Both the position numbers and the translations under genes were made by a program. A stretch of 63,366 bases of DNA, filler included, from Octopus bimaculoides (taxonomy: Eukaryota), in NCBI RefSeq assembly GCF_001194135.2. It is 6 parts of 5 records of this genome, joined end to end, with 100 filler letters (N's around TTAATTAATTAA, not from the genome) between each part and the next. Parts side by side here need not be neighbours in the genome. Positions count along the whole stretch, not along the records: positions 46,183 to 57,764 come from NC_068983.1; positions 57,865 to 62,194 come from NC_068993.1; positions 62,295 to 63,366 come from NW_026318965.1; 3 more parts are not named here. One strand, 5' to 3'. The notes below the pieces were generated by a model. It did not search any database. It had not been told where the DNA came from and was given only the letters and a program-made list of their open reading frames with translations. Shown here piece by piece: positions 51,965 through 63,366 of this stretch (its first letter is position 1; the number at the start of each line of letters is the position of its first letter).

Positions 51965-52105
51965 GTTGTGTATGGTTGGTCTCAGTTTGTTGATGAGGTG
52001 GTCGTCTATGATTCTGAGATTGTCTCTGTTGCGTTGAGTGGCCCTGAATGGCACTGATGGACACCTCGAAATCCTGGGCTTGGCCTTCTTCCGTCGAGGT
52101 GACAC
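51965..52105 (-). pseudogene. Possible GIY-YIG Penelope C-terminal remnant
   Basis: RDNLRIIDDHLINKLRPTIHN resembles the E..LI...KP.LN end of PLE endonucleases. Confidence 0.3.
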
Positions 52106-52480
52106 TCCGTCTGTTGCGACGACGAGGGTTCCAGTTGATCCGATCAACGGAACAGCCTACTCGTGAAATGAACGTGCAAGTGGCTGAGCATTCTACAGGC
52201 ACGTGTACACTTAACGTAGTTCTCGGGGAGATTCAGCATGACACAGAGTATGACAAGGCTGGCCCTTTGTAATACTGGTACAGCAGAAAGACGAAGAAAG
52301 AGTGAGAGAAAGTTGTGGTGAGAGAGAACAGCAGGGTTCGTCACCAACCCCTGCCGGAGACTCGTGGAGCTTTAGGTGTTTTCGCTCAATAAACACTCAC
52401 AACGCCCGGTATGGAAATCAAAACGGTGATCCTACAACCGCAAGTCCGCTGCCCTAACCACTGGGCCATTGTGCCTCCAC
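52105..52480 (-). mobile_element. SINE family C (same subfamily as 12980-13364)
   Basis: Shared middle segment GAGTGAGAGAAAGTTGTGGTG..CCTGCCGGAG..TTTAGGTGTTTTCGCTCAATAAAC. Confidence 0.9.
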
Positions 52481-53069
52481 GGAACTTCTTTAGTTGTCTT
52501 TTGATTGAAGTGTCTGTGGAATTTCCTGGTGGTGCTCCCAATGTAAGATGCTCCGCTTTTACTGCAGTCTACCACGTTTACCACATAGGCCCACGAGCAC
52601 ATGTTGAAGTTGCTGATGGGGGAATTGGACAGTATGCACCCCGAGATGCTATCTGTAGTGTTATTTCTAGACAGAAAGGTATTGAATCGACTGATTTGAC
52701 GGCCACAGTGTTATCAGGAATAGATTTATGTCGGCTCCTGAAATATGGAAGTCGAAGAAAACCTCGGTATGATTTGAACTCGAATCATAAGCTAGCCACA
52801 AATTATTTAGTCCATCAATCGATAGATTCTAGTGAATGATAAAAATAATATGCTGGTAAAATAAAAAAATAATAGCAGGAGAAATGAAATCAAATATACA
52901 AAAAAAATTGTTTATTACTACAACCGAGATTCGCTGTTGAATTTTGTGATTCCACGTAGTGCAGAGAAATAGAAAGAGAGAAAGAAAAAGAAAGAGAGAG
53001 AGAGAGAGAGTGTGAGAGTATTCAAGTACGAATATAGAGACAGCAAATGTACGGAGACAAACACACACA

Positions 53070-53106
<37 letters not shown>

Positions 53107-53530
53107 TCATACGCATACTCACTAATTTACTCACATGTGCACATACACAAACGCACACTTACATACGCGTGCGCAGGCGCGTAGAAAGTGTCACAGATTA
53201 TGACACTGAAGCAGCGAGCTGTGTTTCGTACATGAAGTCTGCTTTTATGATATATGAACTAGGTTATTGGTTTCCAGTACTTGCCATAGGCAATAAATAA
53301 ATATGTGTACGCATGTGTGTGTGTGTGTGTGTATACACACATATATAAATGAAAGGAAAACGAAGAAGAGTGACAGGAGAAAGAGAGAGAGAGAGAGTGA
53401 GAGAAAGGAAGATATAGAAGACTGTCGCACAGATTCCCAAACATATTGTTTCATTGTCTGATCTGTAATAAATAATAATGGCCAGAATCGTGACTTGTTA
53501 AGTCTCCTTCATGAGACTGTCTACTTATGA

Positions 53531-53576
<46 letters not shown>

Positions 53577-53641
53577 TGTATACATAGATACATACATACA
53601 GGCAGACATAAATGCATATACATACATATATGTATGTATAC

Positions 53642-53691
<50 letters not shown>

Positions 53692-54126
53692 GTCTGTCTG
53701 TCTGTCTGTCTGCCTTCCTATCTGTCTGTCATCTGTCTGTCTGTCTGACTGTCTCTGTGTCTCTATCTATATATGAACTTCATGTTAGCTAAAGTATGTT
53801 TATGACTTATTTTAACTTCTAAAGGTGGATCCGCTGAGTAACATGTGGGTGGTAGAAAAACCCTCTCATATGGTAAAAGGTGTTATATCTGTGCAGGTAT
53901 TTCCCATTGAGCAAGGTTAAAGAACCAGAAAAGCACGACTAAGAATCCGATAGGAGGAAGCACTGGGCAGATATGATGATTTTACACCTTTTACTATAAG
54001 AGAGGATCTTTTTCTTTAAGGTAACTAGAGTGAATTTGCTTTTACAAGTTAAAATATGTCACAAACATATTCTAACTAACCTAAAGGTCGTTTATTCCAA
54101 ATCGCTCCTGGGAGTTCATGATGCTC

Positions 54127-54173
<47 letters not shown>

Positions 54174-54176
54174 CTT

Positions 54177-54221
<45 letters not shown>

Positions 54222-54259
54222 GTTTATACACACATACACATTCATACATACATACATAC

Positions 54260-54423
54260 TTCCTTTTCCATTGGACTTTCCGTTGTCTACTGTTTCTGAA
54301 GAAGAGCTTTACTCGAAACGTAAAACCACCTTTCTTTCTTTCCCTCAGCGTCTGCTAATACTTTACATGTACCACGTCCTCGCGTTGTTAGCTTTTTGTG
54401 TTTGTTCTGCATTTATATGGATT

Positions 54424-54426
<3 letters not shown>
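54260..54426 (+). mobile_element. Short hammerhead-bearing element (Penelope pLTR-like)
   Basis: Homologous to 34972-35105 and 15523-15650; ends ACT(AT)n. Confidence 0.7.
54292..54326 (+). ncRNA. Minimal type I hammerhead ribozyme motif, intact core
   Basis: GTTT-CTGAAGA-A-GAG CTTTA CTC-GAAAC-GTA-AAAC; GUA cleavage triplet; stem III too short for a monomer. Confidence 0.7.
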
Positions 54427-54455
<29 letters not shown>

Positions 54456-55984
54456 NNNNNNNNNNNNNNNNNNNNNNNNNNNNNNNNNNNNNNNNNNNNN
54501 NNNNNNNNNNNNNNNNNNNNNNNNNNNNNNNNNNNNNNNNNNNNNNNNNNNNNNNNNNNNNNNNNNNNNNNNNNNNNNNNNNNNNNNNNNNNNNNNNNNN
54601 NNNNNNNNNNNNNNNNNNNNNNNNNNNNNNNNNNNNNNNNNNNNNNNNNNNNNNNNNNNNNNNNNNNNNNNNNNNNNNNNNNNNNNNNNNNNNNNNNNNN
54701 NNNNNNNNNNNNNNNNNNNNNNNNNNNNNNNNNNNNNNNNNNNNNNNNNNNNNNNNNNNNNNNNNNNNNNNNNNNNNNNNNNNNNNNNNNNNNNNNNNNN
54801 NNNNNNNNNNNNNNNNNNNNNNNNNNNNNNNNNNNNNNNNNNNNNNNNNNNNNNNNNNNNNNNNNNNNNNNNNNNNNNNNNCCCTTCATCAGTTGTTGGC
54901 TGTTTTCTACTCTCGTATTTCGAGCATTTAATAACAATATACTCTTTCGATAAAAGCAGTTACACCCGCAAAGCAAATTTAAAAAAATTTTGCATTTTGC
55001 GGAGTGTCAAAATTGGTAACACAAACAGGACAGCGAAAATAAACAGGAAGGGCTTCTAAGCCTAAACGAGCTTGTGGTGGCGAACACGTAAATGAAGCTT
55101 GGACTGGAGACAGAGAAGAACACGTCTTCCTTGTTCCAGCTACAACGGAGAGAAAGAAAGGAAGAAACACAAGTTAGGAGAAGAGAAAAAGATGGTTGAT
55201 GGTCACGTGGGAGCCACGTGAGCAAGGGAAGAGAAGTGAGGGAGAGAAAGTGACAGAGTGATAGGATAGAATAGTGGAAAAAGAGGAGATAAAAGACTAA
55301 GAGATAGAAAGAGAGAAAAATGAAAGAGTAAAAATATATATATATCTATTTAGAACGCAATAAAGTACATTATAAAGCTCGTTCACCTTCAGATTTTACC
55401 TTGTGCTATCCAGTAGTAGCATTATAAGTACTTCCAGGTTTGGGTTTAGGCTTCTGTCGTGTGTAAATAAATAATTGAAAAAATTTGGATTCAACAAGCA
55501 GTGCAGTTGGATATTTATTTTCGATCACTACAATTGTTTCTACGCAATGCAGTTCTCTCTGCAAGCAGGTACTTGATTATGCAACCATTTTTCTTGCATC
55601 ATGAGATCTAGTTGTGTTTCCTCAGGCGATTTGTAAATATTGTCTCCATAAATTCAAATTCTCGGCTTCGAGAGCATCCTCTCTGTCTGTCGTGGCCTGG
55701 AGTTAGTTGTAACCACTGAGTTTATCAAAGGTGTATTGTTGCCAAAGTACCGTTGGCAAACTGCTTTGAATATGTAGATGTAATGGGATAGTGAGTCTGT
55801 TAATTTTTAAAGGGATTGGCATTTGATTTCTTTGTACTGTTGATTTGTTCTTCATGGTCGGTTACACACGTTGACCTTTAAAAATCGGCCCATACCTACA
55901 CATACGTGGTCGTTTACATATACATCCATATACATACTAACGCTTGGTCACATACACACACACACAAACACACCTACACGCACA

Positions 55985-56810
55985 CACAGACACACAGTTC
56001 CTTCCAGCGTTAGATAGGTGCTTCCATAAAACGCATAAATACCATCGTATCTTCAGCAAGTACACAGTGAAAGTATCGTACGCCTCATCCAACAACATGG
56101 AGTACTGCATACACAAATACAACAATAAAAAGATGTACATGCAAACAACGATTACAGACAAAGAACAAACAGAACAAAACAACACAGAGTTTAGGAATAA
56201 TAACAAAATTAAACACAGTAGGGATCACAAAAACGTGGATAGCGACCACGGTAATTAAAACAGGACCCAAACAAAAATTCAAAAAGAATCAGCAAAACAA
56301 GCAATAACATCAAGAACACTTTAGACACTGCTAATCAACCACAGCATCACAAAAACAAAAACAAAAATTCACCAAATAACTACAAAAATAACAATAGTGC
56401 ATAGGATTGCAGCTGTTGCAAGAAATCTGCATGTCCGCTCATGAACCAATGCATGCAGAAAAACATTATATACAAAAGCACAATCACCACCTCGCAACAT
56501 AAATAAGCATTCATTGGAGCCTCCGAAAACCAGTTCAATGTCCGTTATCGCAAAACCATATCTCTTCATTCCAAAAGATATGCCGGCGATATGCAACATC
56601 ACTAGCGGAACTAATACGGAAATTTAAAAGAAGGAAAAAACTACAAAATAAAATAGAATGGTCAATAATAAAAATTGTATACGCGTATAATATCTTATCA
56701 AGCATATGCGACTTGTGCCTTGAAGAGACCTTGTACATTCTGTTAAGTAACGAAAACTTGGTAAACAAGCATATTGAGAAAGTCACAAGATGTTATCACT
56801 GCGCCAAATT
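55985..56810 (+). pseudogene. Second Penelope-like GIY-YIG C-terminal fragment
   Basis: QFLPALDRCFHKTHKYHRIFSKYTVKVSY, CMQKNIIYKSTI..FIGASENQFNVRY, EWSIIK..ICDLCLEETLYIL..LVNK. Confidence 0.75.
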
Positions 56811-57481
56811 TGCATTTTCCTGATACAATACAACTGAATAATAATTATAATTCAGTGAGCTCTCTCCCTTTCACCATCCCCCAATCCATGTGTGTGTCTG
56901 GTTGTATTTCTATAAGTACGTATGCGTGATTTTCTACGTGTTTAGTATGTATGGATATATGTATCTACGTGTGTAGTTTTCATAAGAAAATATAACTTCT
57001 TAAACACACAAGAACATCTTCGACTATCATTATTCCACAATGAATCTTTTAAAACTATCCTGAGTACAGGGAAATATTTGAGAGGACGGCTGCACAGACG
57101 TTCCCTCTTTGTGTCGTTATACCTCTGGCGACGACGACTGCTGCACAAATAGTACGAAGAAAGAAAGAAGCTAAAATAGAGAGAACGGAACTGAAAGAGA
57201 CAAAGGACAGGCTAAACAAGTAGACAGACAAGCAGACAAGCAGGCGGATAACAAATAAACACGGACATTCCTAAAAAAAATAATCTATAGTAATAACATT
57301 GAGATCGATGATGACTTTAAAAGGATTGATTTTAGGAGGAGATAAATACAAGTTATCAGGCGACGTCATTTTCTCGGTAGTTGGATTTTAAGTGGCAATA
57401 GATTCTGCTGGCCGGTGATATATATTAAAATGTATGTATGTATGTATGTATGTATGTTTGTATGTATGTATGTATGCATGC

Positions 57482-57764
57482 ATGATTGTACGAACGTACG
57501 GATGTAGATATGTGTATGCATCTATTTATATGCAAGTATATACGTATGCATATTAAGTATGTATGATTGTACGTACGTACAGATAAAGGTATGTGTATAC
57601 TTCTATATGTATATATGTATGTATGTATCTATGTATGTATGTACGTATCATGATTGTACGTACGTACGGATGTAGATATGTGTATGCATCTATATATATG
57701 CAAGTATATATGTATGTATGTATATTATGTATGATTGTACCTAAGTACAAATGTAGGTATGTGT
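57482..57764. repeat. Minisatellite with units of about 80-90 bp beginning TGATTGTACG
   Basis: Four unit starts; alternate units more similar to each other. Confidence 0.7.
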
Positions 57765-58066
57765 NNNNNNNNNNNNNNNNNNNNNNNNNNNNNNNNNNNN
57801 NNNNNNNNTTAATTAATTAANNNNNNNNNNNNNNNNNNNNNNNNNNNNNNNNNNNNNNNNNNNNCTCCTGACGTGGATTTCTTCGACTAAATCCATTCAA
57901 GGCGGTGCTCCAACATGGCCGCAGTCAAATGACCGAAATAAATAAATATAAAAAAAAAAGATAGATTTCACTGTCGCTCTTTGATTTACTGCTGCTTTGT
58001 AACTCAGAGACAGAGAGGGGCGATAAAGTGAGGGAGGGGAAGGAGAGAGAGAGAGAGAGAGAGAGG

Positions 58067-58101
<35 letters not shown>

Positions 58102-58872
58102 TGCTGGTTTACGATTAGTTAAGCTACATAAGCAGGAAATAGTGACTGGTTCTATCGTTGATCGTAACATTTGTCTATAATTGGCCGTCAAGAAGCATCA
58201 TCTACATAATTCAATGATTTACCATTATTTATTGATTGATTTTCATTTCAAGAGTTTAATAGACTGTAATTGAACAGGTAGGTTACGATGACAATTCTGT
58301 AAAACTTTAGTTGATAATTAGTTATATATAATGAGATAGAATCACAGTTTATTTGCTCTGTTATTTCTGAATAAGAGAGTTAAATTAGCCTATAAAACAG
58401 GGGAAATTAGTAGATCAAGATATAAGATCTGATTGTCGGTTGTAGCCAGTTTACAATATTTATGGCACTAAATACCACTGGCAAAATCATGAACTTTACA
58501 AATTCTAATTTTCTTCCTAACTAAATAGAAAATCATTTAGTTTTCTTTTAAATGCCAAGAGATCGTCATGTGCATACATTTATGTCTACTAGTGGCATTT
58601 TGATACACTATTTTAGAAGGATACTGTATTAAGAGATAACTATTTTAGTAGTTAATATATAGGCGCTCGAGAACGTAGTTTATATCATCAAATTTTATTT
58701 TATATCTTCTCCTTGTTTCTGTTATGCCACTGTGGCCATGCTGGTGAATCGCTTGGAAGGTACCCCAGTCGAACAGATCGACCCTAGTGTTTCTTCTGTA
58801 AACCTGGTAAAGATTTTCTCGACACCATTAGCCGGTAATTTACTGGGACGTGAATAAAACAATGCCACATAA

Positions 58873-59111
58873 TTTACATTATTTACATTATTTACATTCG
58901 ATGGATATTTGTTCTCATTTTGTTTGTTGTTAGCACAACGTTTCGGCTGATATACTCTCCCGCCTTCTTCCTTACGAATGAGAACTCAGGTTCGAAATTT
59001 CCCCAAGACACCTGAAGAAGTCTGGAGGGTATATCAGCCGAAACGTTGTGCTAACAACAAACAAAATGAGAACAAATATCCGTCGAATGTAAATAATGTA
59101 AATAATGTAAA
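58873..59111. mobile_element. ORF-less inverted repeat (Penelope pLTR-like) carrying hammerhead motifs
   Basis: 58873-58970 is the near-perfect reverse complement of 59014-59111. Confidence 0.85.
59009..59050 (+). ncRNA. Type I hammerhead ribozyme motif
   Basis: CAC-CTGAAGA-A-GTCTG GAGGGTATAT CAGCC-GAAAC-GTT-GTG; one stem II mismatch. Confidence 0.7.
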
Positions 59112-59471
59112 CAATGTACATAATTCCTCATCTCTTAAATATAGAACTGTAAAACAATGCCAGTTGTCATATGTTGATTGCGTAGGAGTACAAAGAGAGA
59201 AAAAACAACACCCGGTTATGAATTTATAGCTGGAGTAGTTATCCATATTGACTCCGTCTACCAATTTTTTTGGTCGGCCACGGCTAATAGTAGAAGATAC
59301 ATATCCAATGTACCACGAGGAGACCCGCGCCTCATATTACGTGATTTAATTATTCTCTCTCCATTGTTGAACATATTTCTTGACCATTGCACACCTAGGA
59401 ATATAGAAAACACGGCGTATGTATATACGTATACAGCCATCTAACCATCCATCCATCCATCAATGCATACA

Positions 59472-59502
<31 letters not shown>

Positions 59503-59909
59503 NNNNNNNNNNNNNNNNNNNNNNNNNNNNNNNNNNNNNNNNNNNNNNNNNNNNNNNNNNNNNNNNNNNNNNNNNNNNNNNNNNNNNNNNNNNNNNNNNN
59601 NNNNNNNNNNNNNNNNNNNNNNNNNNNNNNNNNNNNNNNNNNNNNNNNNNNNNNNNNNNNNNNNNNNNNNNNNNNNNNNNNNNNNNNNNNNNNNNNNNNN
59701 NNNNNNNNNNNNNNNNNNNNNNNNNNNNNNNNNNNNNNNNNNNNNNNNNNNNNNNNNNNNNNNNNNNNNNNNNNNNNNNNNNNNNNNNNNNNNNNNNNNN
59801 NNNNNNNNNNNNNNNNNNNNNNNNNNNNNNNNNNNNNNNNNNNNNNNNNNNNNNNNNNNTGTGTGTGTGTGTGTGTGTGTGTGTGTGTTGTACTCGTTCT
59901 CTGCAGCAG

Positions 59910-60112
59910 AAGTGTAAAACACCGGTCCCTATGGTGATGTGAAGCACTCGTAGAAGCACCCGTGCCGGTATCACGGAATAGCACCCAGCACACTCTGAAA
60001 GTGGTGTCCGTTAGGAACCTCATCCAGCCGAAGGAGCCATGCCAAATCAGACGGGAGGCTCTAGCTGAACCATCAAACCTATATGAGTATGGTTAATGGA
60101 CGTTAACTGATG
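59910..60112 (+). mobile_element. RTE-tailed (Ceph-like) SINE 3' part
   Basis: CACACTCTGAAAGTGG..CATCCAGCCG..CCATGCCAAATCAGAC..GGACGTTAACTGATGAT tail. Confidence 0.55.
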
Positions 60113-61599
60113 ATCACCATGATCATTATGATTACAGATAGATAAATAGATAGACTGCTCAAGCAAATTAATAGATATACACACATACACACACACACAC
60201 ACAAATATATATATATATATCCTAGATGTATGAGCATGTGTGTAAAATTAGATTCGTTCATAGCTATACACGAACACACATACCCGCATATATATATATA
60301 TAGTCGCACATTACACACAGATATATGAGCTTATATACCGATATTTGCATGTACAAGCAACACGTTTATAAATGTACACTCATGATTATATGAGACTATG
60401 TCCAAATTAATGTTGTAATGTAAACGTATATGCACTTACAAATACAAGAATATATAAAAGTATGTATACGTACATGCCCGAATCAAAATACATACTCATA
60501 CTTATTCAGCACTACAAAAAATAGACGTGAGTGTGTATATACATACACAAATATATATATNNNNNNNNNNNNNNNNNNNNNNNNNNNNNNNNNNNNNNNN
60601 NNNNNNNNNNNNNNNNNNNNNNNNNNNNNNNNNNNNNNNNNNNNNNNNNNNNNNNNNNNNNNNNNNNNNNNNNNNNNNNNNNNNNNNNNNNNNNNNNNNN
60701 NNNNNNNNNNNNNNNNNNNNNNNNNNNNNNNNNNNNNNNNNNNNNNNNNNNNNNNNNNNNNNNNNNNNNNNNNNNNNNNNNNNNNNNNNNNNNNNNNNNN
60801 NNNNNNNNNNNNNNNNNNNNNNNNNNNNNNNNNNNNNNNNNNNNNNNNNNNNNNNNNNNNNNNNNNNNNNNNNNNNNNNNNNNNNNNNNNNNNNNNNNNN
60901 NNNNNNNNNNNNNNNNNNNNNNNNNNNNNNNNNNNNNNNNNNNNNNNNNNNNNNNNNNNNNNNNNNNNNNNNNNNNNNNNNNNNNNNNNNNNNNNNNNNN
61001 NNNATCATATTATATTATATTATATTATATATAATATATATACGAACTTCCCTATGAACCCAAGGAAATAAATAATTGTCCCGATCAGACATACTGGTAC
61101 ATTATGCTATAATATTCTAAAAATTCTACAGAGCAAAATTAAATTAAAATATGGGTAAATTTTTATTGCTTTTAACATGTTTTTTTTTTTTTTTGATTGT
61201 TAGTAATTGGTATAGACAGCCCATATATTTATGTTATTAAGGGTCACATATCGGTTTTTCAGATAGGAAATATGGCACCCATGCATAACCTAAGAGAACA
61301 TAACATTTGTGGTCGTTGGCACAGGAGATTTATCATCACTATGATGTGCTGGATACGTTGTTGGTTGAACATTATAAGCTATGAAACAAAAAATAAGGAA
61401 ATCATATAAAATGAATAAATGCAAATCTGGGGCTGACGCGCTGCTCATCGTCACCATCACCCCTTGTCATCCTTCTCGTTCTTCTTCTTATTAGCGATGA
61501 TTACGATTTTTTAACGATGATTACGATTACTGACGTTGATAATACTACTAATAATAACAATAATAATAATAATAATTATTATTATTATTATTATAATCT

Positions 61600-61795
61600 T
61601 TTCTACTCTAGGCACAAGGCTCGGAATTTTGAGGAAGGTGTCCAGTCGATTAGAGCGAACCCAGTACGCAACTGGTAATTAATTTATCGTAAGGTTGAAA
61701 GTAAAAGTTGATCTCGGCGGAATTTGAACTCAGAACGTGAAGACAGACAGAATACCGCTAAGCATTTCGCTCAGCGTGCTAACATTTCCGCCTTC
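61600..61795 (-). mobile_element. SINE family B
   Basis: Reverse complement of family B consensus. Confidence 0.8.
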
Positions 61796-61796
<1 letters not shown>

Positions 61797-61860
<64 letters not shown>

Positions 61861-61883
61861 GTGATAATAATAATAATAATAGT

Positions 61884-61949
<66 letters not shown>
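61797..61949. repeat. (AAT)n microsatellite
   Basis: Direct reading. Confidence 0.95.
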
Positions 61950-61950
<1 letters not shown>

Positions 61951-62194
61951 GCCCGGATGCAGTACCAGGCAGTGACTCTCATGGCTTCTGATCTCAATTG
62001 GTTGGAAGTGTTATCATGTATATTGTTTGTCTTGGTATAAAAGATGGGCTACGGCAAATATTCTGCTTAATACCAAAGATTTGCTTGTCAGTTGTTTGAC
62101 CTTAACCAGTTGAGCATGCCCCTTGGTGGCTGACGATATGTGCATCTCTGATCATGAGCAGAATTCGTGGGAGAGCATCATAGCCATGTGTTGA
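61950..62194 (-). mobile_element. Probable retroelement 3' end with (TTA)n tail, family unassigned
   Basis: Non-coding segment ending GTACTGCATCCGGGCATT directly before (TTA)n on minus. Confidence 0.35.
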
Positions 62195-62643
62195 NNNNNN
62201 NNNNNNNNNNNNNNNNNNNNNNNNNNNNNNNNNNNNNNTTAATTAATTAANNNNNNNNNNNNNNNNNNNNNNNNNNNNNNNNNNNNNNNNNNNNTATACA
62301 CACACACATTACCAGATTCATAATATACACACACACATTACTCGATTCATAATATATACACACCTTACTAGATTTATAATATACATACATTATTACATTC
62401 ATAATATATATACACAGACAATAATATCATTATTATTACAAATTTTTATTCAATTGATTTCTTGTACATATATACTCACACAGATATCTATATTCTTTTC
62501 AAAGTTCCAGCTCGAAGATGCGGCCATGCTGATGCACCACCGTACATAAATATATAAGCAAACACACACAATTAAATACAATACAAGATGCCTTCTTGAT
62601 TTCTCTCTCTCATATTCTTCCTCTCCAGAAACCAAGCAGTTAC

Positions 62644-62693
62644 TCTGGAGGACTGGACAAAGAAGCTGGCTTCAAACTGATATGTCCCTGGCT
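62644..62693 (-). CDS. Internal coding exon of an unidentified host gene, copy B: (E)PGTYQFEASFFVQSSR
   Basis: Acceptor TTGTATTTTCTTATATTCAG, donor GTAACT; 5 of 7 differences from copy A are synonymous in this frame. Confidence 0.6.
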
Positions 62694-62819
62694 CTGAATA
62701 TAAGAAAATACAAGACAATAAAGAGTTAAAAAACAATGTGTTTTTTATTAATTATACATACACTTCGCTTACTAACAGTAAGTAATCATATTTAAACTAA
62801 ATTATCATACTTAAATGTT

Positions 62820-62925
62820 GTAGAATCTAATCATTATAGACACTAAACTATTGTGGAATCTAATCATTACAGACACTAAACTATTGTGGAATCTAATTAT
62901 ATAGAATGTAATCATTACAGACACT
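62820..62925. repeat. About 32-bp minisatellite (GAATCTAATCATTACAGACACTAAACTATTGTG)
   Basis: Direct reading, about 3 units. Confidence 0.75.
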
Positions 62926-63089
62926 AATTTATCGTACTTAGATGTTGTAGAATCTAATTACATGATCATATTTAAACATTGTAGGCACTAAATTATCATA
63001 CTTTACATTAAATAAAATAGACACACTTTATTTTCATCAACAAGATACATATACAAGATGACCTCTTTCTCCGGAAACCAAGCAGTTAC

Positions 63090-63139
63090 TCTGGAGGGCT
63101 GAACAAAGAAGTTAGCTTCAAATTGATAAGTTCCTGGCT
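63090..63139 (-). CDS. Internal coding exon of an unidentified host gene, copy A: (E)PGTYQFEANFFVQPSR
   Basis: Same splice signals as copy B; 446-bp period. Confidence 0.6.
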
Positions 63140-63366
63140 CTGAATATAAGAAAATACAAGACTATGACAATATTAATGTGTCAATAAAGAGTTATAAGAC
63201 AATGTCTGTTTGTTATCATTTGTGCATATATTTCACTTACTAACAGTATCTAATCGTACTTAAATATTGTAGAATCTAAATTATGATACTAAATATATAA
63301 AATGTTATAGAATGTAATCATATCTATTTAGTTGTCTAAGAATCTAACCATATAGAATGTGGTCAT

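Noticed and set aside
52411-52839. 142-aa ORF
   Set aside because: Starts inside a SINE-C head and overlaps decayed SINE-like sequence; no family motif
55000-55150. Strong minus-strand polypyrimidine acceptor near 55140
   Set aside because: The pyrimidine tract is a GA-rich low-complexity run; no convincing donor or peptide

Overview
Gap-rich, AT-rich, microsatellite-saturated animal genomic DNA. It has 24 N-gaps (about 13% N), five of them artificial 100-bp N44-TTAATTAATTAA-N44 scaffold joins. The SINE and microsatellite content looks like an octopus/coleoid cephalopod (inference). No complete host gene is visible, and most ORF-track entries are microsatellite or N artefacts. Decayed mobile elements dominate: four subfamilies of R4/Dong-type RLE retrotransposons sitting in (TAA)n, Tx1/L1, RTE and L2/CR1-type LINE fragments, Penelope-like elements, Tc1 and mariner fragments, two MITEs and about six tRNA-derived SINE families. 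Best leads: (1) a tandemly duplicated 50-nt coding exon on the minus strand with mostly synonymous differences (possible mutually exclusive exons); (2) an Arg/Cys/Ser hexapeptide-repeat, protamine-like ORF in a repeated ORF-stop-AATAAA cassette; (3) several hammerhead-ribozyme motifs, including an ORF-less family abutting (TA)n and a 240-bp palindrome; (4) a Meta-type SINE whose long variant shares a Tx1-like 3' tail and nests into the same site of its own family, beside a Tx1 ORF1 fused to a SINE head, suggesting a SINE-targeting LINE/SINE system; (5) a foldback MITE carrying an identical 69-bp piece of the neighbouring Tx1. All family names come from motif recognition, not database searches.
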